Shown here: positions 18,469 to 27,894 of the stretch, piece by piece
Layout of the letters: each line of letters opens with the position of its first letter
Position numbering within the stretch: position 1 is the stretch's first letter
DNA from: Gemmatimonadales bacterium
GTDB taxonomy: Bacteria > Gemmatimonadota > Gemmatimonadetes > Gemmatimonadales > GWC2-71-9
NCBI GenBank assembly: GCA_039794085.1
Contig: JBDIWC010000002.1
Coordinates: 78,984-142,983, forward strand
Length of the DNA stretch: 64,000 nt
Direction of reading: 5' to 3'
Program-made: the position numbers and the translations under genes
The notes under the pieces: generated by a model
What the model was told of the DNA's origin: nothing
Databases searched by the model: none
Seen by the model: the letters and a program-made list of their open reading frames with translations, nothing else

Positions 18469-18554
18469 TGCTCGGGGCGGGGATCGAACCCGCAAGGGAG
18501 CTTCCTCCCACCGGATTTTAAGTCCGATGCGTTTGCCAGTTTCGCCACCCGAGC
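18469..18554 (-). tRNA. tRNA-Leu(UAA), CCA not encoded
   Basis: GCTCGGG...TGGCAAACGC...TCGGA-CTTAAAA-TCCGG, long variable arm, GCGGGTTCGATCCCCGC, CCCGAGC-A. Confidence 0.95.
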
Positions 18555-18673
18555 CAGATGACGCATGAGATATAGCACGGTCCGGGGGCTGGCACACCCC
18601 GGATCGCCCGGCACGGCATGACCCGCCGGTCGGGGACTGGCATTGCACTCGCCGGTTCGCCACTTTCCCGCCC

Positions 18674-20260
18674 ATGCGTTTTTCTCTCCCGGCCCGCGTC
18701 GGCCTCGTCATCCTCATCGTGTTCCTCCCAGCCTTCGCGTCCGCCCTTTCAGCCCAAATGCCCCCGCTCACGGTTCCGAAGGGGAAGTTCCGGTTCGACC
18801 TGTGGGGTGAGTTCCGGGACAGCGACCAACGGTTTTTTCAGGGGGAGAAGCAGGACCTCGCCCAGGACTTCACCACCTCGGCCCTCGGCAGCGGGACGAT
18901 GCCCTTCCTGCGCGACGCCGAGGCCCGGATGGCGGGGCTCGGGGTTGGCGGTTTTCAGTTCAATCTCGGCGCCACCCGGGCGAGTTCGCTCGTCAACCTC
19001 GGCACGATCGGGCTCGGCCTCGCGGTGGGGATCACCGACCGCCTCACCCTCTTCGGCACGGTGCCGATCGTCAGGGTCCGGGTGCAACCCGAGGTGCGAT
19101 TCGACAGCACGGGGGCCAACGCGGGGTTCAACCCCGCCGATCCGGTGTTTGGAACGGCCCCGGGGCAAAGCGCGGCAACCCAGTTCTTCGTCGGCTTCGA
19201 TGCCACCCTCGATACCCTGGCCCAGCGTATCGGGTCGGGATTCTACGACTCCTCAGGTCAACGCGCGCTGGCGGAGGCCACCCTCGCCAGTGGCACCGCC
19301 CTGCGGGATGGACTCCGGGGACTGCTCTCGGATCCGGCGACTGCGAGTCGTCTCCTTCCCCTGGCGGGCAGTGGAGCTGCCGCGGCCCTCACCAGTCCCA
19401 TCACCACGTTTCAGGCAACGGTCACGGGCGCCCTCGGCCTCCCTGACTTCTCCGGGGCTCCCCTCTTTCCCACCGCGCCCCTGTCGAGCGAGGAGTTCGC
19501 GAACCTGATCACGAATGGAGCCGGCCCGATCGCGAGCCCCTTCTTCGAGGATGTTCCCACAACCACAAAAATCGGGGACGTGGAGCTCGGGCTCACCTAT
19601 GTGTTGGCCGAACGCACTCCCGGGACCCGGGGAGGGATGGCGCTCCGGGCCACCGGAATCGGATTGGTACGGCTCCCGACCGGCACCGTGGCCTCGCCCG
19701 ATGTTCTGTTCGGCATCGGCTCGGGCGACAGCCAGCTCGACACCGAGGTGACCCTGGTGGGGGATGCGGTGGCCTCGTGGTGGGGGATCCGGGTCAGTGG
19801 CACCTACAACCGGCAGTTCGCATCCACGGTGGTCCGCCGCATTGCTCTCCCCTCGGAGGCCTTCGCTTCGGCCGCCAGCACGGCCACGGTTCGTCATGAC
19901 CCCGGGGACGTGGTGTCCTTCCGCGCGAGCCCCTTCCTGCGCCTCGCCCCCTCCCTCGCCTTGCACGCCGGGCTTCAGTACTGGAACCGCGGTGACGACA
20001 CCTTCACCCTCGGAGCCGGACAGGACCCCGCCCTGTTCCCCGATCCCGCTCTCCTGGGTCAGGACTCCGGGGCCTCCGCCACGAGCTTTCTCGGGGGTCT
20101 CAGCTTTGCGCACTCCGGCATCGGGCGCCGGGGGGATACTTCTCTCCCGATGGATGCCAGCCTGGAGTTCGAGCGGATCCTGAGCAGCAGCGGGGGCCGG
20201 GTCCGGGATGACCGCATACTCCGCACGCGCATCCGGCTCTACGGCCGATCCCCGCTCTGA
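18674..20260 (+). CDS. Exported hypothetical protein, possibly outer-membrane beta-barrel with a helical insert
   Basis: Signal-peptide-like N-terminus (..FASALSA/Q); alternating beta-strand patterns (IGDVELGLTY, LHAGLQYWN); GC3-rich codons. Confidence 0.7.
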   Translation: MRFSLPARVGLVILIVFLPAFASALSAQMPPLTVPKGKFRFDLWGEFRDSDQRFFQGEKQDLAQDFTTSALGSGTMPFLRDAEARMAGLGVGGFQFNLGATRASSLVNLGTIGLGLAVGITDRLTLFGTVPIVRVRVQPEVRFDSTGANAGFNPADPVFGTAPGQSAATQFFVGFDATLDTLAQRIGSGFYDSSGQRALAEATLASGTALRDGLRGLLSDPATASRLLPLAGSGAAAALTSPITTFQATVTGALGLPDFSGAPLFPTAPLSSEEFANLITNGAGPIASPFFEDVPTTTKIGDVELGLTYVLAERTPGTRGGMALRATGIGLVRLPTGTVASPDVLFGIGSGDSQLDTEVTLVGDAVASWWGIRVSGTYNRQFASTVVRRIALPSEAFASAASTATVRHDPGDVVSFRASPFLRLAPSLALHAGLQYWNRGDDTFTLGAGQDPALFPDPALLGQDSGASATSFLGGLSFAHSGIGRRGDTSLPMDASLEFERILSSSGGRVRDDRILRTRIRLYGRSPL

Positions 20261-21930
20261 CCTGGAGACCGACCCACCGCCTCACCCAGCAGGGTCCGGG
20301 CATGTCGCCGCGCCGTCGCTCCCCGCGCATCCCCCAGCATCCGGGCCATCTCCGTCACACGCTCGTCCCCCTCGACCACCCGTACCTGGCTCGAGGCCAC
20401 CCCCGTCACCACGTTCTTGACGACCACGAGATGCCGATGGGCCCGTGCCGCGATCGGTGGGAGATGAGTGATGACCAGCACCTGGTGGCGGCACGACACA
20501 TCGGCCAGTGCGTGGGCCACGCGCACGGCGATCTCGCCTCCGATGCCCTGGTCAATCTCGTCGAATATCAAGGTGGGTACCTCGTCATGGGCCGCCAGGG
20601 CCACCTTGATCGCCAGCATCAGCCGGGAGACCTCTCCTCCCGACGCGACCCGGTGCAGAGGTTGCAACTCGTGTCCGACGTTGAGCCGAACGAAGAAGCT
20701 CACCGATTCCGCACCGTCCACGGTCGGCCGGTCGCGCGGCGTCAGGACGACGACGAACTCGCCGTCGACAAATCCGAGCCCCGGCAGGAGATTGTTCACG
20801 GCTCGGGTCAGGCGGGACGCACCACGGGATCGAAGAGCGCTCAAGGTCCGGGCCGCCTCGCCCACCCTCTCCTCCGCCTGGGCCAGGGAGGTGCGCAAGC
20901 GGCGGAGGTCCAGGTCAGCGGTGTGCAGGAGATCGAGCTCCTCGGCCACCTGGCTCCGGGTCTCCAGCACCTGCTCCAGAGTCGCCCCGTACTTGCGTTT
21001 CAGCCGATCGAGGGCGTCACGGCGTTGTTCCACCTCCGCCAGGCGACCGGGATCCTCCTGCATCCCGGCAGCATAGACGGTCACGGCACGCACCAGCTCA
21101 TCCATCCCCGCGTGGACGGTGTCGAGAATCTCCCTCCAGGGGCTCACCGAGGGGTCAAGTCGTTCGATGGCGGCCACGGTGCGGTCGGCCGCGGCAAGAG
21201 CGCTGCTCGCGGACCCATCCTCCCCATCCAGGATCTCCATCAGACCGGCGGCGTGAGCTCGCAGGGCCTCGGCATGGCCCAGCTGTCTGGCCTCCAGATC
21301 GAGCAGGGAGTCCTCCCCCGGCACCGGCGCGGCCTGGTCTATTTCCTGGAGTGTGTGCTGAAGAGAATCACTCCGACGGCCCACCTCCGCCTGTCGGGCC
21401 TCGAGCGCTGCGACGTCTCCCGCGAGGCGATCCCGCTCGTGCACCGCGTCCGCCAGGCCACCTGCCGCGGGGGCGGCCTCGGCCACCGCGTCGAGGAGGG
21501 TTCGCTGGACCGCCGGTCGCACCAGGGACTGGGTTTCATGCTGTCCGTGCAGATCGACCAGAAGGCCTCCCACCTCCGCGAGAGCCGCAATGGTGACGGG
21601 ACTTCCCTGCACCCAGGCCCGAGACCTCCCTTCGGACGACACCTCACGTTTCAGGATGAGGGGCTCGCCGTCGCAGGGAATTCCGAGACGGAGGAGGATG
21701 GGCACCACCAGGGCGGGTACCTCATCGAAAACCGCCTCGACCACGGCCTTCCCCACGCCGGGCCGCAGGGCGCTGACGTCGGCCCGGGCCCCGAGAAGGA
21801 GGCCGAGCGCATCGACCAGCATCGACTTGCCCGCCCCGGTCTCTCCCGTCAGAACGTTGAGTCCCGGCCCCAGGGGCACGGTCACATCCTCGACGGTGGC
21901 GACCCCGCGCACGCGGAGGTCGAGGATCAT
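20239..21930 (-). CDS. recN: DNA repair protein RecN
   Basis: LTGETGAGKS, LHGQHE, ASGGEVSRLML, FDEIDQGIGG. Confidence 0.96.
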   Translation of the reverse strand: MILDLRVRGVATVEDVTVPLGPGLNVLTGETGAGKSMLVDALGLLLGARADVSALRPGVGKAVVEAVFDEVPALVVPILLRLGIPCDGEPLILKREVSSEGRSRAWVQGSPVTIAALAEVGGLLVDLHGQHETQSLVRPAVQRTLLDAVAEAAPAAGGLADAVHERDRLAGDVAALEARQAEVGRRSDSLQHTLQEIDQAAPVPGEDSLLDLEARQLGHAEALRAHAAGLMEILDGEDGSASSALAAADRTVAAIERLDPSVSPWREILDTVHAGMDELVRAVTVYAAGMQEDPGRLAEVEQRRDALDRLKRKYGATLEQVLETRSQVAEELDLLHTADLDLRRLRTSLAQAEERVGEAARTLSALRSRGASRLTRAVNNLLPGLGFVDGEFVVVLTPRDRPTVDGAESVSFFVRLNVGHELQPLHRVASGGEVSRLMLAIKVALAAHDEVPTLIFDEIDQGIGGEIAVRVAHALADVSCRHQVLVITHLPPIAARAHRHLVVVKNVVTGVASSQVRVVEGDERVTEMARMLGDARGATARRHARTLLGEAVGRSPGQSGDRP

Positions 21931-22796
21931 ATCGGGCGTTCTCGCTCGGACAGATCTCCCCAGTGCAGCGTTTCCCGCATCCGCTGGAAGTAGTCGGACC
22001 GGCTGAGGCGCGCGAGCACGACGGTCCCCTCGGCCCGGCGGACGTCGACCCGATGACCGGGGTGCAGCGTCGTGGCTTTCTGCCCGTCGATGGACACCAT
22101 GAGGTTGCCCTTGCGGGAATCGAGCGGAATGACCGTCACGACGGAGGAGCTGGAGATAACGACCGGACGGACCGCCAGGGTGTGAGCACAGATGGGAGTG
22201 ATCACCATGGCCTTGACACCGGGAACGATGATCGGCCCCCCCGCGCTCAGGGAGTAGGCCGTGGACCCGGTGGGTGTGGCCACGATCAGCCCGTCGGCAC
22301 TGTAGGCCGCCGCCTCGATGTCGTCGACCCTGACCTGCAGACGGACCAGCCGGGCAATGCCCGACTTGTGGATGACCAGATCATTCAGGGCGGTCGGAAG
22401 CTCCTGAGCTTCCCCCCGGGGACTGACGATCGTGGCCTGGAGCAACTGCCGCTCCTCCACATGGTGGGTCTTGTGGACGAGTGCATCGAGAGCCTCGATG
22501 TAGTTTCGTTCCCCGGCGGTGGTGAGGAACCCCACCCGGCCCAGGTTGACGCCAAGGATGGGAATCGGCTTTCCGTCGAGGATCCTGGCCCCCCGGAGGA
22601 GGGTGCCGTCTCCCCCAAAGGTCAAGAGGGCATCGAGAGGAGTGTCGCCCAGCAAGGGAACGGGGGCAGGCCAGAGCGATTGCAGGTCCGGTTCCGTCTG
22701 CAGTTGGACCCCGAGCCGGACGGCCGCGGCGTGGGCGCCGTGAAGAATGGCCTGGAGCCCCGCATACCGCGCGTTGCCCACGACCCCGATGTTCAT
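21927..22796 (-). CDS. nadK: NAD kinase
   Basis: GGDGTLL, GVNLGRVGFL, DGLIVATPTGSTAYSLSAGG. Confidence 0.95.
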   Translation of the reverse strand: MNIGVVGNARYAGLQAILHGAHAAAVRLGVQLQTEPDLQSLWPAPVPLLGDTPLDALLTFGGDGTLLRGARILDGKPIPILGVNLGRVGFLTTAGERNYIEALDALVHKTHHVEERQLLQATIVSPRGEAQELPTALNDLVIHKSGIARLVRLQVRVDDIEAAAYSADGLIVATPTGSTAYSLSAGGPIIVPGVKAMVITPICAHTLAVRPVVISSSSVVTVIPLDSRKGNLMVSIDGQKATTLHPGHRVDVRRAEGTVVLARLSRSDYFQRMRETLHWGDLSERERPI

Positions 22797-24691
22797 CGGG
22801 CCTCGAGCACGTCCTCGTGCCGCAATGCCAGGACACGGCGAACAATCCCCTCCGCCGTGAGTCCGAACTGCTCGAGCTGACGCCCGCGCGGCGCCTGCTC
22901 GATCAAGCGGTCCGGGATTCCGACCGGGACCAATCGACACTCGGGCCGCGTCCTTTGGAGGTGTGCCGCAAGCATGGAGCCGAACCCGTTCACCACCGTG
23001 CCCTCCTCGATCGAAAGAAGCAGGGGGATCTCGGCCGCCAGCCGCTCCAACATGGCCCCATCGAACGGTTTCAGGAACCGACAGTTGACCACCGCCGCCT
23101 CAATACCCGACTCCTTCAGCCGTGCCGCCGCGTCCAGAGCCGGTTCCACCATGGTCCCCACCGCAAGGAGTCCCACGTCGTGGCCGGGGCGCAGCAGGTC
23201 CCAGGTTCCGTACGGCACTGGCGGCACCTCCAGGATGGGGCGGGGGACGCGGGGGACCTTGTCGCGGGGATACCGGGTGCAGAAGGGCCCTGCGGTATGA
23301 TCCAGGGCCGTGCGCATCAATCCGAGCAACTCATCCCCATCCCGTGGAGCCGTGACGGTCATTCCGGGTACCGCCAACATGTAGGCGATGTCATAGAGGC
23401 CCATGTGGGTCTGTCCATCCTCACCCACGAGGCCCGCCCGATCCATTGCGAAGATGACCGGAAGGCTCTGCACGGCCACATCGTGAATGATGTTGTCGTA
23501 CCCGCGTTGGAGGAAGGTGCTGTAGATCGCGCAGACCGGGCGGATCCCCTGCGTGGCCAGCCCGGCGGCGAAGGTCACGGCGTGTCCCTCGGCGATTCCC
23601 ACATCGAAGAAACGGTGGGGCCAGGCGGTGCCGAAGATGTTCGTTCCGGTTCCGCTGGGCATGGCCGCGGTGATCAGGACAAAGTCCTCGCGCTCGTGGG
23701 CCAGATCCCGCATCCCTTCTCCGAACACCTGGGTCCAGGTCGGGGGGCCGCTCGCCTGCTTGCGCGCCTCCCCCGTTTCCGGATCGTACGCCGCCAGACC
23801 GTGCCACTTTTCCCGGTTCGCCTCGGCAAACTTGAAGCCCTTCCCCTTCTCGGTCAGCACATGAACGACCCGAGGTCCGTCCAGTCCGCGAACGAACCGC
23901 AGGGTATCGCCCAACTTGGCGAGGTCATGACCATCGATGGGGCCGAAGTACCGGAACCCGAGCTCCTCGAAGAACATCCCCTCCGAGAAGAGGTTCTTGA
24001 CGCTCTCCTCCAGATTCTTGGCGAAGTCGACCACCCCGGTTCCGAACACCTCTCCCAACGCCTTCGTCACCCCTTTCACCTTGTCCCGCACCTTGTTGGT
24101 CAAGGGGTTGGCCACGATCCGTCCCAGCGTCGCGCTGATGGCACCGACGTTGGGCGAGATGGACATGCCGTTGTCATTCACAATGAGGATGATGTCCCGG
24201 CCCGAATGCCCCGCGTTGTTCATCCCCTCGTAGGAGAGTCCGCAGGTGAGCGCCCCGTCCCCGACCACAGCGGCGACCTTGTAGTCCTGCCCCAGGAGGT
24301 CGCGGGCCGTGGCGATCCCGAAGGCGGCCGACATGGCCGTCCCGGCGTGGCCGGCTCCGAAATGATCGTGCGGACTTTCCGACCGTTTGAGGAACCCGGA
24401 CATTCCCCCTTCCTGACGGAGGCTCGGGAAGTCGGCATTGCGCCCGGTCAGAAGCTTCCAGACATAGGCCTGGTGTCCGACGTCCCAGAGGATCTTGTCG
24501 GTGGGAGAGTCGAACTCGTAGAGCAGGGAAATCGCGAGCTCGACCACACCCAGACTCGCTCCGATGTGGCCCCCGGTGTGGGAGCAGCACCCGATCAGGC
24601 GATCCCGGATCTCCTGGGCAAGTTGCGGCAGCTGGTCCCGGCGCAGCCTTTTCAGGTCCGCGGGGCTTTCAATTCCGTCAAGCAGGGTCAT
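22793..24691 (-). CDS. dxs: 1-deoxy-D-xylulose-5-phosphate synthase
   Basis: GGHIGASLG, WDVGHQ, GDGALT, DVGIAEGHAV, DRAGLVGEDG. Confidence 0.96.
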   Translation of the reverse strand: MTLLDGIESPADLKRLRRDQLPQLAQEIRDRLIGCCSHTGGHIGASLGVVELAISLLYEFDSPTDKILWDVGHQAYVWKLLTGRNADFPSLRQEGGMSGFLKRSESPHDHFGAGHAGTAMSAAFGIATARDLLGQDYKVAAVVGDGALTCGLSYEGMNNAGHSGRDIILIVNDNGMSISPNVGAISATLGRIVANPLTNKVRDKVKGVTKALGEVFGTGVVDFAKNLEESVKNLFSEGMFFEELGFRYFGPIDGHDLAKLGDTLRFVRGLDGPRVVHVLTEKGKGFKFAEANREKWHGLAAYDPETGEARKQASGPPTWTQVFGEGMRDLAHEREDFVLITAAMPSGTGTNIFGTAWPHRFFDVGIAEGHAVTFAAGLATQGIRPVCAIYSTFLQRGYDNIIHDVAVQSLPVIFAMDRAGLVGEDGQTHMGLYDIAYMLAVPGMTVTAPRDGDELLGLMRTALDHTAGPFCTRYPRDKVPRVPRPILEVPPVPYGTWDLLRPGHDVGLLAVGTMVEPALDAAARLKESGIEAAVVNCRFLKPFDGAMLERLAAEIPLLLSIEEGTVVNGFGSMLAAHLQRTRPECRLVPVGIPDRLIEQAPRGRQLEQFGLTAEGIVRRVLALRHEDVLEAR

Positions 24692-24713
24692 GAGTCGGTC
24701 CCGTTCGTTGTCG

Positions 24714-25646
24714 TCAGGAACGTCGTTGCGCAATATAACGGCCCAGCAGGGTGAGGGGCCGCGCCAAGACACCGAGGGGAGCGAGGTGGGCTTCGGCCTG
24801 GGTCACAAGGCGTTCCGCCTCCCGGGCGGCTCCCGTGGCCCCCAGGAGGCTCACATACGTCGATTTGCCCAGGGTGGCATCGCGACCGGCGGTCTTGCCG
24901 AGCTCGGCGCTGGTTCCGGTGGCATCGAGCACGTCATCCGCCACCTGGAAGGCCAGTCCGATGTCGGCTCCAAAGGCACGCAGACCCGTCATCCATTCCT
25001 TCGGCGCACCGGCCAGGATTCCCCCCAGAAGGCACGATGCCTGGATGAGAGCCCCGGTTTTCGCCGCATGAACACTCCGCAGGGAGTCGAGGGTCAGCTG
25101 CCGTCGCTCCGCCTCGAGATCGCACCACTGTCCCCCGACCATTCCGTGCAATCCGCTGGCGGAAAAGAGAACACGGGCCATGCGCGAGAGCCCCTCCGGG
25201 CCCAGATCCGCCTGCTCCGCTCCCTCCGCAAGGACTTCGGCGGCCACGGCCACCAGCGCATAGCCCGCACGAGTGGCGGCCGCGGTTCCGAAACGGCGAT
25301 GCACGGTGGGCCTGCCTCGGCGTTGGTCGTCATCGTCCATGCAGGGCAGGTCGTCGTGGACGAGCGAATAGGTGTGGACGACCTCCACCGCCGCCCCGAT
25401 GCTTGCCACCGAGGACTCCCTTCCTCCGGCCTCCTTCCCTCGCCCCTCGCACGCGCGCCAGGCGGCGTGCACCAGGGCGGGGCGCACGCGTTTGCCCGGA
25501 CTCTCCAAGGCATAGGCGATCGCTTCTCCCTCGACTCCGGGCACCTCGAGGCGCAGGCGAGTCGCCCAGCGAGTCAGGACGCCGTCGGTGCGGGCCCGGG
25601 CTCCGTCGAGGAGATCGGCCACCTCCGTCCGGGTGTCACTCGTCAC
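24714..25646 (-). CDS. ispA: Polyprenyl diphosphate synthase
   Basis: GKRVRP, SLVHDDLPCMDDDDQRRG, FQVADDVLD; xseB-ispA-dxs order; start approximate. Confidence 0.92.
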   Translation of the reverse strand: MTSDTRTEVADLLDGARARTDGVLTRWATRLRLEVPGVEGEAIAYALESPGKRVRPALVHAAWRACEGRGKEAGGRESSVASIGAAVEVVHTYSLVHDDLPCMDDDDQRRGRPTVHRRFGTAAATRAGYALVAVAAEVLAEGAEQADLGPEGLSRMARVLFSASGLHGMVGGQWCDLEAERRQLTLDSLRSVHAAKTGALIQASCLLGGILAGAPKEWMTGLRAFGADIGLAFQVADDVLDATGTSAELGKTAGRDATLGKSTYVSLLGATGAAREAERLVTQAEAHLAPLGVLARPLTLLGRYIAQRRS

Positions 25647-25848
25647 GGTCGACCATCCGGATGGTGTCGCCCGCCTCCGCGACGACCTCCTGAACCCGGG
25701 CGTCGGCGGCGCTGAGGATCTCGCGAGCCTGCCGAAGATGCCGGATCCCCTCCTCGAAAAGCGCCAGGGATCGGTCGAGATCCAGGTCATCCTCCTCCAG
25801 GTGACGGACGATCTCCTCCAAACGGCGCAGGTCTTCGGCCAGCGTCAT
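25636..25848 (-). CDS. xseB: Exodeoxyribonuclease VII small subunit
   Basis: LEEIVRHLE...SLALFEEG. Confidence 0.93.
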   Translation of the reverse strand: MTLAEDLRRLEEIVRHLEEDDLDLDRSLALFEEGIRHLRQAREILSAADARVQEVVAEAGDTIRMVDRDE

Positions 25849-27017
25849 CGAGTACCTCCCCGGTTGTCCACACGCGCTGCCACTGCGCCATCGGCGAGTC
25901 GCAGGGTGAACGGCATGGCAGGCGTGAGATCCGCGACGCGCCGAAGGACCCGGCCATCGGTACCCTGCGCCACGGCATACCCCCGCTCCAGGACCCGGAG
26001 AGGACTCAAGGCCTCCAACTGCGCGGCATGCCGTTCAACAGTTCGCCGCCACCGATCGATCCGGCGGGACCAGGCCGTGGCCAGTCGGTCCCCCGAACGC
26101 AACAGGCGCTCCTGAGCGAGGCGGGTCGGCCGGCGGAGTCCCTGGGCCAATCGATCGGCCAGATGATCGAGACCGGACATCACATGATCCCGGTCGGGAA
26201 AGGCCATCTCCGCAGCCGCCGAGGGCGTGGGGGCACGGCGATCCGCGACCAGATCGGCCAACGAGACATCGGTTTCGTGTCCCACCGCCGAGATGACGGG
26301 AACCGGCACGGCGGCCACCGCGCGGCAGACCCGCTCGTCATCAAACGCACCCAGATCCTCCCGGGATCCACCACCCCGCGCCAGGAGACAGAGATCCACC
26401 GGCAACCGGCCCACCATCTGGAGGGCCCGCACCAAGTCCTCCACGGCGCCACTTCCCTGCACCCGCGCCGAGACGACGAGAACCGTGGCCAGGGGCCACC
26501 GCCGTCGTTGCACCGTCAGAACGTCATGCAGCACCGCCCCATCAGTGCTGGTGACGAGAGCGACCGCGCGAGGGAAAGCCGGGAGAGGCCGTTTTCGCTC
26601 GACGGCCAGGAGACCATCCTGCTCCAATGCGAGCCGGGTTCGTTCCCTCTCCCGTTCGGCAGTTCCCACCGCAGCCGTGGGCAGCACCACCACGGCAGAG
26701 AGGCGAAGCTCGCCGCGCTCTTCCCAGAGCGAGGGCCGCGCCAGGATATAGACTTCGGTTCCGTCGGCCGGGGGGGCCCCCGCCCGTTGGGTATAGGTGC
26801 GCCACATGACGCACCGCACCTGGGCGTCGGGATCGCGCAGGGTGAAGTACCAGTGCCCGCTCTGATAGCGCTTGAGCCCGGTGACCTCACCCCGGATCCA
26901 GACCTGTCCGATCGCCCCTTCAACAGCCGTGCGCAGCAGAGCGGCGATCTCCGCCACACCGAACGCCCGGTCCCGGGGTGCGACGCCGTCGGCGGGCGAG
27001 AACAGGTCACCCCCCAT
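25845..27017 (-). CDS. xseA: Exodeoxyribonuclease VII large subunit
   Basis: SGHWYFTLRD, ARGGGSREDL, SAVGHETD, APTPSAAAE, LERGYA. Confidence 0.95.
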   Translation of the reverse strand: MGGDLFSPADGVAPRDRAFGVAEIAALLRTAVEGAIGQVWIRGEVTGLKRYQSGHWYFTLRDPDAQVRCVMWRTYTQRAGAPPADGTEVYILARPSLWEERGELRLSAVVVLPTAAVGTAERERERTRLALEQDGLLAVERKRPLPAFPRAVALVTSTDGAVLHDVLTVQRRRWPLATVLVVSARVQGSGAVEDLVRALQMVGRLPVDLCLLARGGGSREDLGAFDDERVCRAVAAVPVPVISAVGHETDVSLADLVADRRAPTPSAAAEMAFPDRDHVMSGLDHLADRLAQGLRRPTRLAQERLLRSGDRLATAWSRRIDRWRRTVERHAAQLEALSPLRVLERGYAVAQGTDGRVLRRVADLTPAMPFTLRLADGAVAARVDNRGGTR

Positions 27018-27894
27018 GGGCCATCCGGGCGGCCTGCACAGTGTTCACGAGCAGCATGGCGATGGTCATGGGTCCCACTCCCCCCGGGACCGGTGTGATC
27101 GCCGAGGTCCGGGGCGCCACGGCGTCGAAGTCGACGTCCCCCACCAGCCGATATCCGCGGGACGCGCTGGCATCCTCCACCCGGTTGATCCCGACGTCCA
27201 CCACGACGGCCCCGGGCCGCACCATCTCGGCCGTCACGAAGTGCGGACGCCCGATGGCGACGATGAGGAGATCCGCCGAGGCGGTGATCGCGGGGAGATC
27301 CCGGGACCGCGAGTGACAGACCGTGACGGTGGCGTTGCCCCCCGGGCCATTCTGAAGCAGCAGGCTCGCCATGGGGCGCCCGACGATGGTGGATCGCCCC
27401 ACGATCACGGCGTGGGCCCCGGCGGTCTCGACCCCGGATCGGAGCAGCATTTGTTGCACACCGTAGGGCGTGGCGGGACGAAACCCGGTGGGATCCCCCC
27501 GGGAGACCTTGCCGATGTTGACAGGGTGGAATCCGTCCACATCCTTGGCGGGACTGATGCGCTGGATGACCCGGTCGGTGTCGATGTGTTTCGGAAGCGG
27601 CAATTGAACCAGCATGCCATGGATGGCGGGATCCGCGTTCAGCCGATCGATGACCGCGAGCACCTCCCCCTCCGGGGCCTCGGCGGGCAGGCGGATCGTG
27701 GCCGAGTGCATCCCCGCTTCCTCGCAGGCACGGCCCTTGTTGCGCACATAGACCTGGCTGGCGGGATCCTCGCCCACGAGCACCACGGCGAGTCCCGGGG
27801 TGATGCCCCGCGTCACCAGGAGGGACACCTCGTCGGCCACCTCCGCACGAATCGCCCGCCCGAGGGCCACGCCATCCAACAACCGTCCACTCAT
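27007..27894 (-). CDS. folD: Methylene-THF dehydrogenase/cyclohydrolase
   Basis: LVQLPLP, KDVDGFH, GRSTIVGRP, TPVPGGVGPMT. Confidence 0.96.
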   Translation of the reverse strand: MSGRLLDGVALGRAIRAEVADEVSLLVTRGITPGLAVVLVGEDPASQVYVRNKGRACEEAGMHSATIRLPAEAPEGEVLAVIDRLNADPAIHGMLVQLPLPKHIDTDRVIQRISPAKDVDGFHPVNIGKVSRGDPTGFRPATPYGVQQMLLRSGVETAGAHAVIVGRSTIVGRPMASLLLQNGPGGNATVTVCHSRSRDLPAITASADLLIVAIGRPHFVTAEMVRPGAVVVDVGINRVEDASASRGYRLVGDVDFDAVAPRTSAITPVPGGVGPMTIAMLLVNTVQAARMAHGG

